The notes below the pieces were generated by a model that was not told the DNA's origin, did no database searches, and worked only from the letters and a program-made list of their open reading frames with translations. Made by a program: the position numbers and the translations under genes. A stretch of 64,000 bases of DNA from Paramecium tetraurelia. Taxonomy: Eukaryota. Position 1 is the first letter of the stretch. Each line of letters starts with the position of its first letter. Location: the NCBI GenBank assembly GCA_000165425.1, contig CT868022.1:62001-126000 (forward strand), in the 5' to 3' direction. Below, one piece after another: positions 1 through 14,419 of this stretch.

Positions 1-1262
1 CCTCCAACTTAAATTGTTTTCTTTTTTTCAGCCATTTTCTCTTATAAGATATTAGAAATAACTAGAAAATAAAAAGATTACCTCTAAGAATTAGTCATGT
101 ATTATTTCAATTCTATGTAACCTAGCTGTGTTTTTTTGCAGGTGTGAATGACATACATGATTTTGTATAATTGTAGATTCTCCATAACAACCCAATCTTT
201 GGTTTTAATTTGCTCAATTACTAAATTCATGAGATTCAACACAGTTTATTGGATTTTTGAAAAGAGATTGTCATTTTCTATCCAAATATTATGTTTGAAT
301 TTAATATGACATAATATGGAATACAATTAGATTGGACTCATTTTAGTTTAATTCAAAATATCCACAACGGTAAGCATCTTTTCTTGAGTCATAGGGGAAT
401 TATATATTTAGTTGTTCATCTATCGGTTATACAATGATGTAATTATGGCAACTGATAATGTTGAGAGCAAGAGTATGAAGTAAAATACTTCTGTTTGTGA
501 AATTTCAAAGGACGTTAGTTTTATAAGAGAAACAAATAACATTAACGCAGTTGCACTCACATATTTTGTGTTTATTTAGTTACTGTAGGGTTAGATTAGA
601 ACAGCGTCGATGAGAAAGAGTAAATTCATCATCACCAATATGATGGATGAAATAAGTTCGCTCACCATTGACTTCGTAATCATGAACACAATATCAACAA
701 TTATTAACACAAAATTAAAATAGGAATATCTTCTTAAGAATTTGTTTCTCTGAGGTAAAAAGTAGTTCCTATTCACCAGGAAATAAAGAATGTAGCATAT
801 GAAAATGGCGAAAATGATAATGAAACCAATAATAAAATCTTCTTCCTTTAACATTTAATTGTTTAAGTGTTGAATTATTGGTATGAGCACCAATAATTGG
901 TAGTAAGTAAAGAAGCTTTTTAATGTATATTTTAACTTAAACGTTGTAAATATGTTGATGATGATCAACCATAAATACACGCAAATAATGTAAGATAAAA
1001 CTTTGTTTAAGTTCGTCCTACCAATTAATTAGATTGGAGTTTGTAATGTGAACCAATTAAATACTTGTTGCAGAATTTGCAATTTAAAATCGATATATGG
1101 TTTATCGGCAAAATAATCGTGATCAAATAATAAACTAATCCTCTGAAATGAAAACATGATCATAATCAAAGTGCTATTTACTTCTGTTTAACTCTCATTC
1201 ATAAACTCAATAAAATCTCTTGATCTCTCTTTGAAATATTCGATGAAAGATAAGCAGTACAT
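1..1262 (-). CDS. Multi-pass transmembrane protein, 3' end beyond window start (ciliate-type N-terminal TM bundle; family uncertain)
   Basis: ATG at 1262 (MYCLSFIEYFKERSRDFIEFMNESQTEVNSTLIMIMFSFQRISLLF...). Open under code 6 with several hydrophobic helices (VLSYIICVYLWLIIINIF; FIIGFIIIFAIFICYILYFLV; FNFVLIIVDIVFMI). A 20-nt GT..AG intron lies near 62-81 and the frame runs off the window edge. Confidence 0.75.
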
Positions 1263-1286
1263 ATATTATTAATTATTATATCATAA

Positions 1287-4200
1287 TCATAAATTTTATA
1301 TTGGCCCCCTAATTAAATCTGCAAAATTAGCAAGGATATTGATCTTACTATCACTTAGTACTCTAACAAACGTGTTTAACCTTATTCTAAATGACATATC
1401 TCTCTCAGCCAATGATTAAAATTCTACTTTCCTTGTTCTATTTCCTAAAGAACTATAACTAATAGAAGCAGCATAGTAAACTAATAAAAAGTTCAATTGA
1501 TTTTATAGGTTATAGTTCTCCAAGAAGGTATCCAAATTAGGATCAATTAATAGGAAGATATCATTTACCATCACTGCTGAATTAGGCAATGCTATTTTAT
1601 TATTGTTCTATTCACCTCTAAATCTGCAAGTGATGTTCTCAAAACAAATTATTAAGAATATTAATTTAAACTAGTAATCACTAAGTTCCAATTACTCCCA
1701 GAAGAACATGTCTTCTAAATGTTAATAGGATTAATTCTTCCTCACTTGATCCCAAGTGTATTTGATGTTTATGAATTTACTCTATAATTGAAGGTTTTAT
1801 ATTGTCTCATTATTGCAATCTATCTATTCCATTGAAGACAACATTCCATAGATCTATTTACTGATATCAAATGACAATTAAATACTCTTGTCTCTAATTG
1901 TAATATCATTATCACAATTTATGAATTTCTTGATCATAAGAAACAGAGTCCTAATCTGAACTTATTGTAACTTGCTGTTCATCAATATTTCGGCTGATCC
2001 ATTTAATGAAAAGGTATGCTTCTTACCAATTAGTATTTTTGTTAACAATAATCCAATATCATCAGATAATTAATAAAATGCCTCTTCATTCGGAGCTATA
2101 TTTTTATAATGTTGAATTTTCTAATAGATTTCTTCAGTTAAACTAACTATAGCATCCAAAGAGTATTTTTACAATGAAGTATTAGCATTTATCTTATCGA
2201 TTTATTCCTCTATACTCTACAAGACTTCAAATATAAAATTAGGTCCTTAAGATTCAATCAAATTGACAATGATGTTGAAACAAAAGATTTTAGTTTATTT
2301 CTTTCTCTTTAGCATATTCTCAAATATAAATTATATACATGGTTAACTTTGTAATTCATCATGGAATTTTATCAAAAATGAAGTATAACTTAAAAATATG
2401 CTTATATGTTTAAGAAAACTCTACAACTAATTAATAGCTGTCTTTAAGTCTTCTGATTACTATTCTTTATTTTCAAAAAAGTTAAGTAATTCTTAAATCA
2501 GCAATCCACATTAAACTGTTGAACTTAGCAATTCCAAATCTAAAATTTTCTCTTAAAAGGATGTGAATGAAACTAGAATTGTCAATATTTCTATTGACAT
2601 AGTGAAATTCTACTATTGAAGTGTCTTTTAATATTCAGTAATGCTCTTGTCTCCCATCTCTAACTAAGCTTTAATGTTTGCAGATTGTTTCTAAATGTAA
2701 TCCAGTAAAAAGTCTATTGATTCCGAAATAGTTTCTTCTAACTCTTATGATTCAGAAGGATCTACTTCAGCAATGAGTTTTTTAAGGAACATTTAGAACA
2801 ACAATTAAGTTTCATGTTCTCTAAAAGTTGTCTGATTGATGTTCATTATTTACAATACACTATTAGCCAAATTACACGGTTTATCCTATTAACAATCCTT
2901 AAACTTAAAGAGTACACATAATCGCAAAAAGTTTTAATAAATTTCTGAATTCATGAATCGAAACTCTGATCCTTACCAATGTTATATAAATAATACTAGT
3001 ATCTCCTCAATGGGACCTGATATTTCAACACCAAACTTTTCAAATAATTTGATTGAAATGTTAACAACATTGCTATAAAAAAGTGTTTTATCATCTACTT
3101 GAGTTTTAAGTGTTCTCTTTAATATTTCAATCAGAAATTTTAATGTACCAACCCCATTTGAGTCCATTCTGGTTAGAATCAGTGCTATTTGATTTAATAC
3201 TTCAACGACAATTAAGATATTATTCTAGTTTTAATAGGTTTCTTCTGAGACCAAGATTTTCTCAATGATTAAAAAGGGAACATAGAATGATATCTTCAGG
3301 GCTTCGCTGTCATTTATTCTAATGATGTCTGTGGATACTTTCTCATTTTTCTATGAATAAATCAATTTCTAAATTGGAGGCTATAGTTTCAAGTTCACAT
3401 CATTCTTAAAGATCTTTTCAATACTGGACAGGACAATAGAAAACAATTGGAATTATTTTAAGACATTTTTATGTTTTTCTTGATACTCTGCTTGAGTATT
3501 GTAACTTAGACATTGATCAAATTAAGAAGAAGTAAAGTAACTTAATTTTGATTTGAGTAAAGAAAAGTACCCATATTTAACTAGATAATTTAAACATTCT
3601 TTGGAAGTAATCAAGAAATTATAAATGTTCCATATTCTCCAATATTTATCAAACTTTTTATCGTTTGTTAAATCTTAGGTTTCCAAGGTTTTCTAGAACT
3701 TCTGGAATAAGGATTCAATTTTTGCAATTTTCTAAAAGGATATTAATAATAATGATTACATATTTTAGTTTTTGTATTTTGAGTAATCTTTCAAGAAATG
3801 CCAAAAATAAATCCATATGATCTGATTCAAATGTAACATAGGACAGAACCTCATTAACCATAAAATCCAACGTGAATTCTACAAGATGCTAATTCTCATC
3901 ATTCTCTGTGCTGTATTCAAACATCTGCATGAAGATACTACTACTATATTAAATGACTAATGGTTTGGACACTTGATTCAATTTAACCACATATTTGTAC
4001 ACTTCTTCAGCTTGAATACGCAAGAAGAACTCTTTATTGGTGCTTATGTTGATAAACGCTGTCAATGCATGCACATAACCATCAGCCTAGATATTTTCTT
4101 TCTGACATATGTAAGTGAACAAATATTCAGGTAATTTCGTTGAGAATAGAAATTTAAAATTCTCTTGATGATAAGCAATATTGGTCAAACATTGCAATAA

Positions 4201-7200
4201 TAATGGGGGAGCAGATTAATAGGTGGGGGGATGACCTTTCTTTAACACATACAACAAAACAGAGATGATCAAACTCATATCCTTATTAACGGGATACTCA
4301 CTGTCTTATGATCGTATACTAATGAAGGTTTGTTATGAAGATACTCTCTTTTGAAAGAAATTATTGGTTTACTATTGTTGAATTGAATAGAGAGCATTAT
4401 TTTTTTAGTATGATTGGATTGAATCATTAAGATCACCAATGTCTTGTTTTCCATCCTCAAATAATAGATACTTCTTATTTTTCATGACTCCTACTATTAC
4501 TCCAATTAAAAAGGTTTGATAGAGAGGATGTTATTTGATTTGTTATTTGTAATTTTTAGCTATGATTTCGAAGACTTATTAATAATTCCTACTGTCTATT
4601 TGAAAGATATTTGCATAGGTGGCTAGGGATTGTAATATGAGATTGGGTGCTTATTAATGGGAAAATTAACATATTTCTAAGAGATGATCTTCAACTTCTT
4701 TTTTTTACATGAACTATTGTAATCCTGGTTATGTTTTTTGAGCAAAGGCTACGTTAGATAAGAGTCTGAGAAATTGATTGACCAATTGTTCATATTTGGA
4801 TATTAGAAGAGGTTCAACTTGTTGTTTCTGTTTGACTTGTTGTATCAATTCTTTTAAATTATTCAAGGAGCTTTGATTGAAAATAAATAGATTTTCGATA
4901 TGAATTTGCATAGATTAGAAATCAAGAATAAGAGGGATTCGATCTGCCAATTCACATAGGTGACTGTAATAGTTGCATTTAACTTCTAGCATATCAAAGA
5001 ATATTATTATAGTGATAAAGTTGCCAATCAATACCTCCTTGTTGAAAATGGTTTTGTTTATTAATTCAGTTGATAGAATCATTTGCCATAAGGGATCGAT
5101 TTTACATACTAAAAATTTGGATTTGCTCTCCAGCAAAATGTTGATACTGACGATAATATAATGTAGGATTTCCTTTTTGTTTTGTAAATTTTAACTGGAG
5201 TTATCAATTACGTATTCTAAGGAAGACTTTAACAATCTGATTTACAAAGGTTTCTCGCATTCCTCCAAGAGAGAGAGCTGATTGACCATACTAATTTGAT
5301 TCTCAATGAGTGCATAAGTTCTTGGATTGAGTCCCAAATTGACAAGTGAAACTACCTATTAATGCGAAGTATCTTGTTACATTGATTCCTTTTTATTAAC
5401 AATTTATTCAAATATTCTGATGGCTTCGTTATTAATAAGTATTTCATGAACTTCCTCAGTAAAAGTTGTGTTGGCCAATAAAATTTAAATCTACTCCTAC
5501 AACACTTTGGATGTACCACTTTCAAAGAATAGTTTGTACAATCTTTTAAGAATATCTTAACTGGCAATCCATGTGTGCAAATCCTGATTTAAGGATAAGT
5601 TGGCAAGTAATTACACAATCCTTTTAGTAGTAGATTCATCATGTTCAGACAAAAATATCTCTTTGATCAATTAAAGGGTTTTCTCATATTTGGGCATAAT
5701 CAATTGAATTTCTTTGATGTATGTTAGATTCACTAAGATGGTTAATAACAATTCTCTATCAGGTGCTTAAGTGAGGTTGAGGTAAGCAGTTCTATATTTG
5801 ATCATGAAATCTTCTATATTGAGAAAGGTTTCAAAAAAGTCAAAGGAGTGTTCATGATAAGCCAGATTTGCTAGTAACAACAGTAATGATGATCTGAATC
5901 TCTGTTCCTGTTATTCCAATTTTTCATAGTTGTGATGCAAGAGATCGAATATCTTAATCATAACTGGATAATTAGACTTGAAGGTTTGTAGTGTTTTCTA
6001 TGATTCTACCATGACACAGAAAATTGATAGGATAAGTCCTAAGATCTCTTGGGATGTAAATTTGATGAACATCTTCTAAATGTCCTGCAAACATTCAATC
6101 ATAATTAGATTGTCTTCAATCTCCGAATAATGTTGCAGAACCATATTGTGCATGACTTTGAGAAATGAAACTACGACGTAATCTGGTTATGCTGGATCAA
6201 GTTAATCTTCATTCTCCTAAATGGTTTACCTTAACTGATTCACCAAGGAAGGGATGTCTTGCTCTTTCTTGAGAATATCAGGGTCAATTAACATATTGGA
6301 AAGAGTAAGAAAGCATAAGATAGTGATATGTTGTGGTCCTTTTTATTCTTTGATGTACACCTTAACAAAATTCAAAATGTCACTTCTAGCTATGGCTTTG
6401 ATTAATCCATAATCTGATTTGGTCATATTGAGTATGCAAATCAAAACTGGGTAACAAATCTGAGGATCCTATTTCTCTGAGAAAGTGACTTATTGGAGAT
6501 GATCAAAGATGTTGGCATAGATTTCATCACTAAATATCTTTGGTTTGAATGAGGGATGCGAACTTAAATGTGCCAATAGACGGATGATATCGGTCAACTT
6601 AATATTATGTTTCTATTGACGCAATTTAAAGATAGATGTAAGAATCTAGGCTTCAAAAATCTGATTCAGAATTTCATTTTCTTTTGAAATATTTGCTAAT
6701 AATGAACAGAAATATTAGGAGATGTTTAAGAATGAAAGATCTTATTGCATTTTCTCACTTAAAAATGGTACAATCTTAGATTACTTGAAGTACTCAAGGG
6801 AATGAGGATTGTAAGACATCCTATTTAACACATATACTCTCAATGGTAATGACTCCTCATCTTCTATCTCATAATCAGGATCAGCCAATTTAACAATCAC
6901 ATTCAGAATATCAGATGGATATTTGTCAGACATAGAAATCAGAATGTTGATGCTCTCTAACAAACTCCTAAAGAAATAGCTCTTATTAGATAGAATCAAT
7001 TCCTAAATGATCTACGTAGCTCCCTATTTGAAGATTTCTGGTAGTTTCTCCTACAGGTTAGTAATCTTTAGTAATTAACGGATGAAGGTAAAGAGATAAG
7101 TGCGGAAATCGAATTCAGGGTCTTTTTCTGGGTTCTTTGTTAACATAACACAGATATCCCTCATAACTTTAATGTACTTTAAATTCAGGAGTTTTTCTAG

Positions 7201-9678
7201 ATTGTTTAAATTTAATGACAAATTCATTATAGCAATACTTAAAAAGGTTGCATTTTATGGATTTAAGTCATTAGTATTATTACTTTTGAATACTTTATTA
7301 GCGATAGTCTAGAGTAGATGATCATGTGCCATAACAGTTTCATGATAGATTTGTTACTCTGATAACAACATGAAAGCGAACATTCCTAATTATTGGGCAT
7401 CTTATTCATCACCTTTCAACACTTCATGTGCAAGATAACATAGATGAGTAATGATGAAAGCCTTGGGACGTTTGTGTATGATAATGTTGACAAAGAATCG
7501 CAGACCCTCTTTCATGATCCTTCTCTCCCTTGTTAAAGAATATTTAGCCACACTATCACAAATAGATTTTCTAGCCACTTGTGATAACGAGGATTCCATT
7601 CTACTTATCAACACAAAACTCTTAGCAGCTATGTAGGCATGAAAGTTGTCACTTTAGGACATCAAATACAACAAACATTCAGTTCCTTATTCATTGATGA
7701 ATTGCTTTTGGAATTCCTCATTTATTGATAACATCATCATTATTGATAACAGTATCATTCTCTTCGTTTCTCTATTTGATTTATATATGGAATTCACTAA
7801 AGATTTCATGAATCCTTTCTGCAAAATCAGCTTCTTGCATTCTGGAACCACTGACAAAGCACTCAAACAACGAGATAGATATCCTCTTAATTCCTCGTAG
7901 TCTTTCTAATACAAAAGAAAGAGACAATTCAAAATATCTTATTAAGCTAAATCAGTTATGAGATTGCTGTTGGTGCTTATGTTGGTAAATATAATGATGA
8001 TTGATTTAATTAGAATGATATCAGTTGCAGAGTAGATCAACTTTAGAATGATTGTTTTTTCTGGATCTTTTAGAAAGTTCTATTAGTAAGTGTGATCAAT
8101 AGAAATGTTGGCTAGTGTATTTGCAGCTGCTCTCAAGACTGCGTGATTAGAAGGATCTGATAATTCCAATATGTGTATTAATAATTTGATGTTGATGTTG
8201 CCTATGTATTTATGAAAATTTTATGAGCATGAAAGATTACTAAGGGAAAGAATACTATAAATCTTACATGCTTTTTCATCCGAGTTCAATGAATTAACTA
8301 ATAAATCAATCATACCCATATTAATTAAATTCTGTAGATACTTTGGATTCAAGGAGATACAAGAAATGATTTTGAATGCCTATTGCTTAATCTTTTAGTC
8401 CTTGCAATCCTTCAGTATTTGATACATCAACTCAAGAATCTTCTTTTCAACCAACTTGTCATGGGATTCAACCAATTCACTCATATATGCTAAACATGAA
8501 ATGCCATAGTAGTTGAGTTCGTAGACATTGGTATCGAACATCTGCAAACACAACACGTAGTAACTGTCCATTACCAGTTGCTATTGAAAGTCCTTGATTT
8601 TTAATAGATTCTCCAGAGTTTGCATAATGGCTCTATAGTGATGACATGCAATTATACTTGGTAATCTTGATGGAATTCTCATGTCCTTGGAATAACTTGT
8701 AAGTCAAGAGCAACTTCGGAGGCAGTTTCAATTTCAGCAGTCTTTTTAAATTCTTATTGTTATTGCTGTCAATCTAAGGAGAACTCTCGAAATTCTCCTG
8801 ATTCTTGTTTTCAATACTCTGTTGTATATCTTAATTCTTATTGTTGTTTTCGATATTCTGTTGTCTATCTAAACTCTTACTGTTGATGATCAATTAACTA
8901 TTTGAATAAGGGTTTTAAGTACTTGATGATTAGAATGGCTTAGGTAGCAACATCAACATCAGCAGAAACAATGCTATGGATGATTTTTTTGATGAATCTC
9001 TTCTTCAACATCATCTTGCACATCTGATTGATATAGGTGTGTTATTGAGATGTCATTTCGTATATGATCTGTAAAACATACAATTCTGATTGATTGGGCA
9101 AGACTTAATCTATAACTGAGAGATTCTCCTTTATGTTCTATTCAGGATTCTTGTTATCGGAGTTCTCAGGGTTCTTGTTTTTAGAGATATTGGTTTCGAA
9201 GATGTTGCACTCCAAGATCTTACGAAAATTAGCAGCGACCTTTGCAAGATTGGCTATTGTTTGCAGTGCATATTTTGTGATTTCGAAATGCAATCTCTTC
9301 TTTGTCAGGGTTGTGAGACTTTGGAGACATTCACTCTTGATGATTCTTTTATGAGTTTCCTAATTCTCACTTAAACATGCAATAATAATGGTCCCGCTCT
9401 TGATTGTATCAATTGGATTTTCACTATGCAGCAATGGAACAATGGTTGTCATTAGGAATGCCTTCTCACAAACTCTTATTTGGAATCGTTCTAATCATAC
9501 TTTTAAAAATCAAATTACAATCACAACAATATTATATTATTAGATCCAAAACACATTTCTCCTTCTTCAAATACATGTATTGTATTTCTCTGATCATAGC
9601 TAACTCTGTTAAAGACAATGGTTTATCTGGTTGTCTTTTTCGAATTTCATTAACAATCTCTTCACTTTATTTTTTCAT
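1287..9678 (-). CDS. Very large armadillo/ARM-repeat alpha-solenoid protein (~2,700 aa)
   Basis: ATG 9678 (MKKQSEEIVNEIRKRQPDK...), TGA at 1287 (...ADLIRGPIQNL*). Tiny introns restore the frame (GTACTTAAAACCCTTATTCAAATAG; GTATAATTGCATGTCATCACTATAG; GTAATCATTATTATTAATATCCTTTTAG). Recurrent ARM helix-3 signatures: YALQTIANLAK, LRAAANTLANISID, IIIIFTNISTN, LLLLANLAYH, LLQCLTNIAYH, ALTAFINISTN. Not every junction was checked, so it could be two genes. Confidence 0.72.
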
Positions 9679-9695
9679 ATAATTTATTATTAATA

Positions 9696-11500
9696 ATGAA
9701 CAATCTCGATCATTCTAAATGATTAATCAACTCCAAACTATAATTAACAGTATTCCAAACATAAAACTATCGAAATCATTAATTAAATTTCTACTATCCA
9801 AAGAATTAGCCAACTTTCACTTTCAAGGATGGATGGATGGCAATTTCTATCATCCATATCAAAACTATAAAGGAAGAATACCTAACAAATCTCTACTCTC
9901 TTACTCGAGAATCTAAAAAGATGAAACTCCTTACTGAATATTATAAAGTAAGATTATATCATCAGGGGCGTTTCAATTCGATATTATCTTATATTTTCAA
10001 TTACCAATATCTACTACAATAAATAAATACTACAACAAACAGTGTATAATTGAAAGACCTATTGTCAAATTATGGATAAAGAAAATAGCAAAAAATACAA
10101 TTAGACGAAATACAGGTAACTTTCACAAAATAATAAACAAACACTTTAAATTAATGATAATTATATATTATTTCTTTATTAAAAAAAGTTTAATCTGTTC
10201 TAAATTCTGTTTATTAATGATTAAGGCGATATCAATTTAATATTTGAGTATCTTTTGCTCAAAATCAAAGACTAAAATTTAGATGTTTTATATTATTATT
10301 AGATAATGCTTTAATGAATAGAAGTCATTTGCTATTGATTATCTAATGATCCGCTCTATTAAAGTAGATTTATTATCTATTCTCAAGTTCAATACTTTAT
10401 AATGCACCATATATAGATATTTGATTAAAAGATGTCAATAATTAAAGCCTCTAAAATAATACTTTCAGAATTTATTAAGAGTTTTAACAATTCAAATAGT
10501 AGCTCTCAAATATAATATAATTTACTTCAATAAAAAACACAAATAATAATTTAAAAGATTAATCCTTACAAAATTTAATGGCAAACCTATTTTAAAAAGC
10601 TACTAAATTCAAGTTATGATGCTTAACATTGTGATAGAATTACAATTAAGATTTGAAATCTAAAATACACTAAAGACATGGATGCTGAGGATGAAGATGC
10701 AATTGAACTACTTCTGTTGTAAAAATTAACAATTATAATATTATAGAAAAGGTTTATTGGAATTTCTAAATATTAAATATTATCCTGACTATTTATTCCC
10801 TTAAATATTTATAGTAGATAAATAAATAATGCAAACTGCCAACAAAACTTAGTTAAAAATAAATTCAAAATGTATTATATATGTTTGATACTTTATCCAT
10901 CTGAATTAATACAAAATTATAAATAACTTTAACTATTAAAGCAAAAATATATTTGATGAGGAGAAAAATAATTGATATGATTTTTATTTTTCTTAAAATT
11001 AAAAGCATTTTTATCTGATATTTGTTAAAGTATAAGCTCATAAGATAGAATTATTCAATATTTTAGTTTATTACTTTAAGAGATTCAAAAACATACATTA
11101 TAGTAGATTAACCAATCGTTTCAAAAATTTTTTTTTGATAGGTTGATTATGAAAGAAAGTAATTATAAAAGTTAAAAAAATAATAAAATCCAATTTGACT
11201 TTTGCATCGTTCAAGCTGCCAAAAACTTACTTATGTAAATTAGACAATATAATAAATTTGATATAAATGTAGAGCTTTATTAATAGTACTAAAAAAATGT
11301 TGAATTAGGAAATAACTTGATAATCTGAATTTTTGATGAGAAATCATGAAATTCTTTTAAGGATAATTCTACAAATTTTATAATTCATAATAATAATTAT
11401 GTTTGATATTTTATTTTTTTGAATGCAGAAAGTAAAACCATCAAATTAATTTAATTAATATTATTTATTTATATTATTTTCACTTAATTTATTACAATGA
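9696..11500 (+). pseudogene. Possible decayed gene (coding-like fragments in shifting frames)
   Basis: Protein-like stretches (ELANFHFQGWMDGNFYHPYQNYKG; MDAEDEDAIELLLL; RKGLLEFLNIKYYPDYLFPQ) are interrupted by TGA stops and frame changes that I could not resolve with standard tiny introns. Confidence 0.3.
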
Positions 11501-11737
11501 ATAATAATTGATTCATTTTGATATAACTTAGAATATTTAATAAAGACATTCTGTTATTTTTTTGCTTATTCGTCTTAAGAATTTCGACCGAATATTGCTG
11601 AATTCAAAAATATTTCAGACATAATACAAGCCATTAATATTTTAATTAATTTATTCCTTGCTTATTTACATATATTAGTTAATTAAAACTTATAAAGAAT
11701 CTTATGTTCTGGAACCTGATATTTGATTTATTATTAA

Positions 11738-13364
11738 ATGATAAAAAATAATATTAGACCGAGAGCTTCAAGTGAAAGGCTTGATAAATTGGCTATTCTT
11801 GAAAATCAAACCAAACTTGATTGGATAATGAAAAATTCGCAGATGAAGGAATTAAAATCTGATATTAAGATGATTCCTAAAGAATCTTTGTCTCTCAATA
11901 TACATGTTCCAGAGCACGAAGGAATAGCAACGATATGGGCGGATAATTGGTTTGGACAAAAAAAGATTTCACAGTTCAGAGGACTATTGATTTATGATAA
12001 TCAATTTTGCCTAGTTTTAAATGATTGTTTTATCGAAAAAAAGAAATATTAATCATCGCATTAAAGAGCCTACTTTTTGAAACTCATAAATCCAACTGGA
12101 CAATTAGTATTAATATTTTCTCACCCGTTGTCACTAAAATAGTGGAATACTTGTATTAAGAAATATTGCAAAAGAAATAATTTTAATAAAAAATTCAAAG
12201 TAGTAGAGCTGATTTGTTAAGACTTTTATGCAATTCAGCACAAAAAACAAAAATAATTATTTACTTCATAGGTGATTAATTTAACTAGAATTCAAAATTA
12301 TGACCAGGCAGAATTACTTGACAATTATTTAAAAATCTTAAGAAATTCATCTATTAGTAATTATATTTAAACTATTGGCGTTTTTGAAGATAAATAAATG
12401 CTATTTATAGTTTGTAAATATTTTAAAGGTAATTCTCTTGATTAATTTTATAATTAATCAAAAAAATCATACTTGAATTAATAATAAATAGCAACAATAT
12501 GTGTATCGATATTAGTAGCCCTGAGATCACTCGCAGATGAAGAATTATTTCATGGAAAAATTTCCTTTGAAAACATTATTTGTTACTGCAATCGAAAAAC
12601 TTAATTTGGAACTTATTTGGTTAATTCGCAATATAAAGTATATTAAATTATCATTTTAGTTTTACGACTAGAATACCCTCTTTAAGTATATACATTAGAC
12701 TCCAAATTATTTGATTGCCCCTGAGATCCACGAGGGAGCATGTCCATCATCATCAACGGATATTTATTAATTAGGAGTGATATTAGGGTTGATCACATTT
12801 TTCAATTACACTTAACCATTCAAAATGAATTACTATTAAAGTTATGCAGAAAACTTGATGGAACTAATAATAGAATAAGAAAATTTGATAACTAAATAAA
12901 AATTTTCACAAGAGTATCCATAGCTATTTAGCATAAGTTAATTGGATCTAATAAAGAAAATGATATAACCTAATCCTAATCTTAGAATAAGCATAAATGA
13001 TGCATTAAAACATGTTTGGCTAATAAACAATAAAGAAAAAAAAATGTAAAAATTGATGGCTAAATAAATGGCACTTCCTAGTTTAAGAACTATTATAGAA
13101 ATCAAAGATAGTGAGTGTGATTTAAAAAAAACTACGAATAACTTTTCTGAGGAGAATATTCCACACATTTAATAGGTGTAAGATCCAAATTCACTTTTTA
13201 TGTTATTAAAGTAAAAGAAGAAGATCAGTTCAGAGACTTTCGTAGATTCAAACGATGAGGATGAAAATGTGCTAAATGATAAAATAGAAAAATTAAATTA
13301 GCAAAATAATTTGGTGCCTTCATTTAATGATCATTGTTTTATGTATCCATCGAAATTTCTTTGA
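11738..13364 (+). CDS. PH-like domain + protein kinase-fold protein, probable pseudokinase
   Basis: ATG 11738 to TGA 13364 with a 22-nt intron (gtatattaaattatcattttag). PH-like C-terminal helix (LVLIFSHPLSLKQWNTCIKK). Kinase subdomains: FEDKQMLFIVCKYFKGNSL, LFHGKISFENI (catalytic loop), YLIAPEI, STDIYQLGVIL. Confidence 0.8.
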
Positions 13365-13647
13365 TTAATATAAAATTTAATAATTTTTATAATTATTTTT
13401 TATAATACTATTATTCACTAAGTTTTTTAAATAATATAGATCCTATTTATATGAATCCCTGGTCTGATCAACATCTAAAAACAAGCATTTGATATTAGGT
13501 AAGGCGACTTAGACAATACGGAAATGAGTGTTTTATGAATTGATTGGTTGATTAAAATATACTTTAAATTAAATTTAGTATTTAAGGGAAGAAACTTTAT
13601 ATAATTCATAAATATTTTTTTTTTAGATTACTCTCGATATTGCTCTG

Positions 13648-14040
13648 ATGAAATCAAAAATTGATTAACCCAATCAAAATTTTGAAATACTTAAGCTTTC
13701 AAATGCAAATTATGATAGTCCTATGAATATAAGAGAATTGAATGACTCTATAGAAATATAATTAAATACTGAAGAAAAGAAGACCGAAATAACGATAGTG
13801 AAATACCTTCACAATTTGGGAATATAAACAAAAACAGACCCTCTATCAAAGGAACAAGAATATTGGAGAACGAAAAGAATGGAAACTTAGAAAAAGATGT
13901 TATCAATTTTGTGTTTAACTGAGTCAACCTAATCTCTCACACTGAACGGCTATGCATCTAAATTACTACATCAGAGAGTGTCTTAATCCTTATTAGAAAC
14001 ACGATTGATCAATAATACTTCTACTATGATTATAGAATGA
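13648..14040 (+). CDS. Hypothetical protein (~130 aa; may have an upstream exon)
   Basis: Open code-6 frame MKSKIDQPNQNFEILKLS...TSTMIIE*; no recognisable domain. Confidence 0.45.
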
Positions 14041-14419
14041 CTTTTTTTATTTTCACTTTCATTGTGTCTTGATCAATTAATTAGATTTTGTGTTTTACTA
14101 AACATTTACATTTAAATTATATTAACAATTAATATATCTTTATTATTCCTTCTATTTCTTAGAGTCAACGATAATTGAACTTACAATACTTGTAGCTAAT
14201 TATTAACCCAATTTCTTAAACTAATGTTCATCACATTTTGTGAAATTACCGATGTGTGCACCCATTCAAACTGATTAACTCTGTATGTACTTGAAATTTT
14301 GATGGAAATACTTCAAATAAAACCAAAATAAGAATTTCTTAAAAAGTGTAATTCTAAATTGATGAGAAATTTTATGATACGATGAAAAACATAATATGAA
14401 TATATAAATTTATTAAAAC

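Noticed and set aside
4973..9682. Plus-strand ORFs in the supplied track (4973, 7100, 7451, 7694, 9133, 9404)
   Set aside because: They are antisense shadows of the ARM-repeat gene with no motifs, and were computed with the wrong genetic code.
13416..13609. Possible ~64-aa minus-strand ORF and a 13-codon plus-strand ORF at 13451
   Set aside because: With TGA as the only stop, ORFs this size arise by chance in AT-rich DNA; no supporting features.
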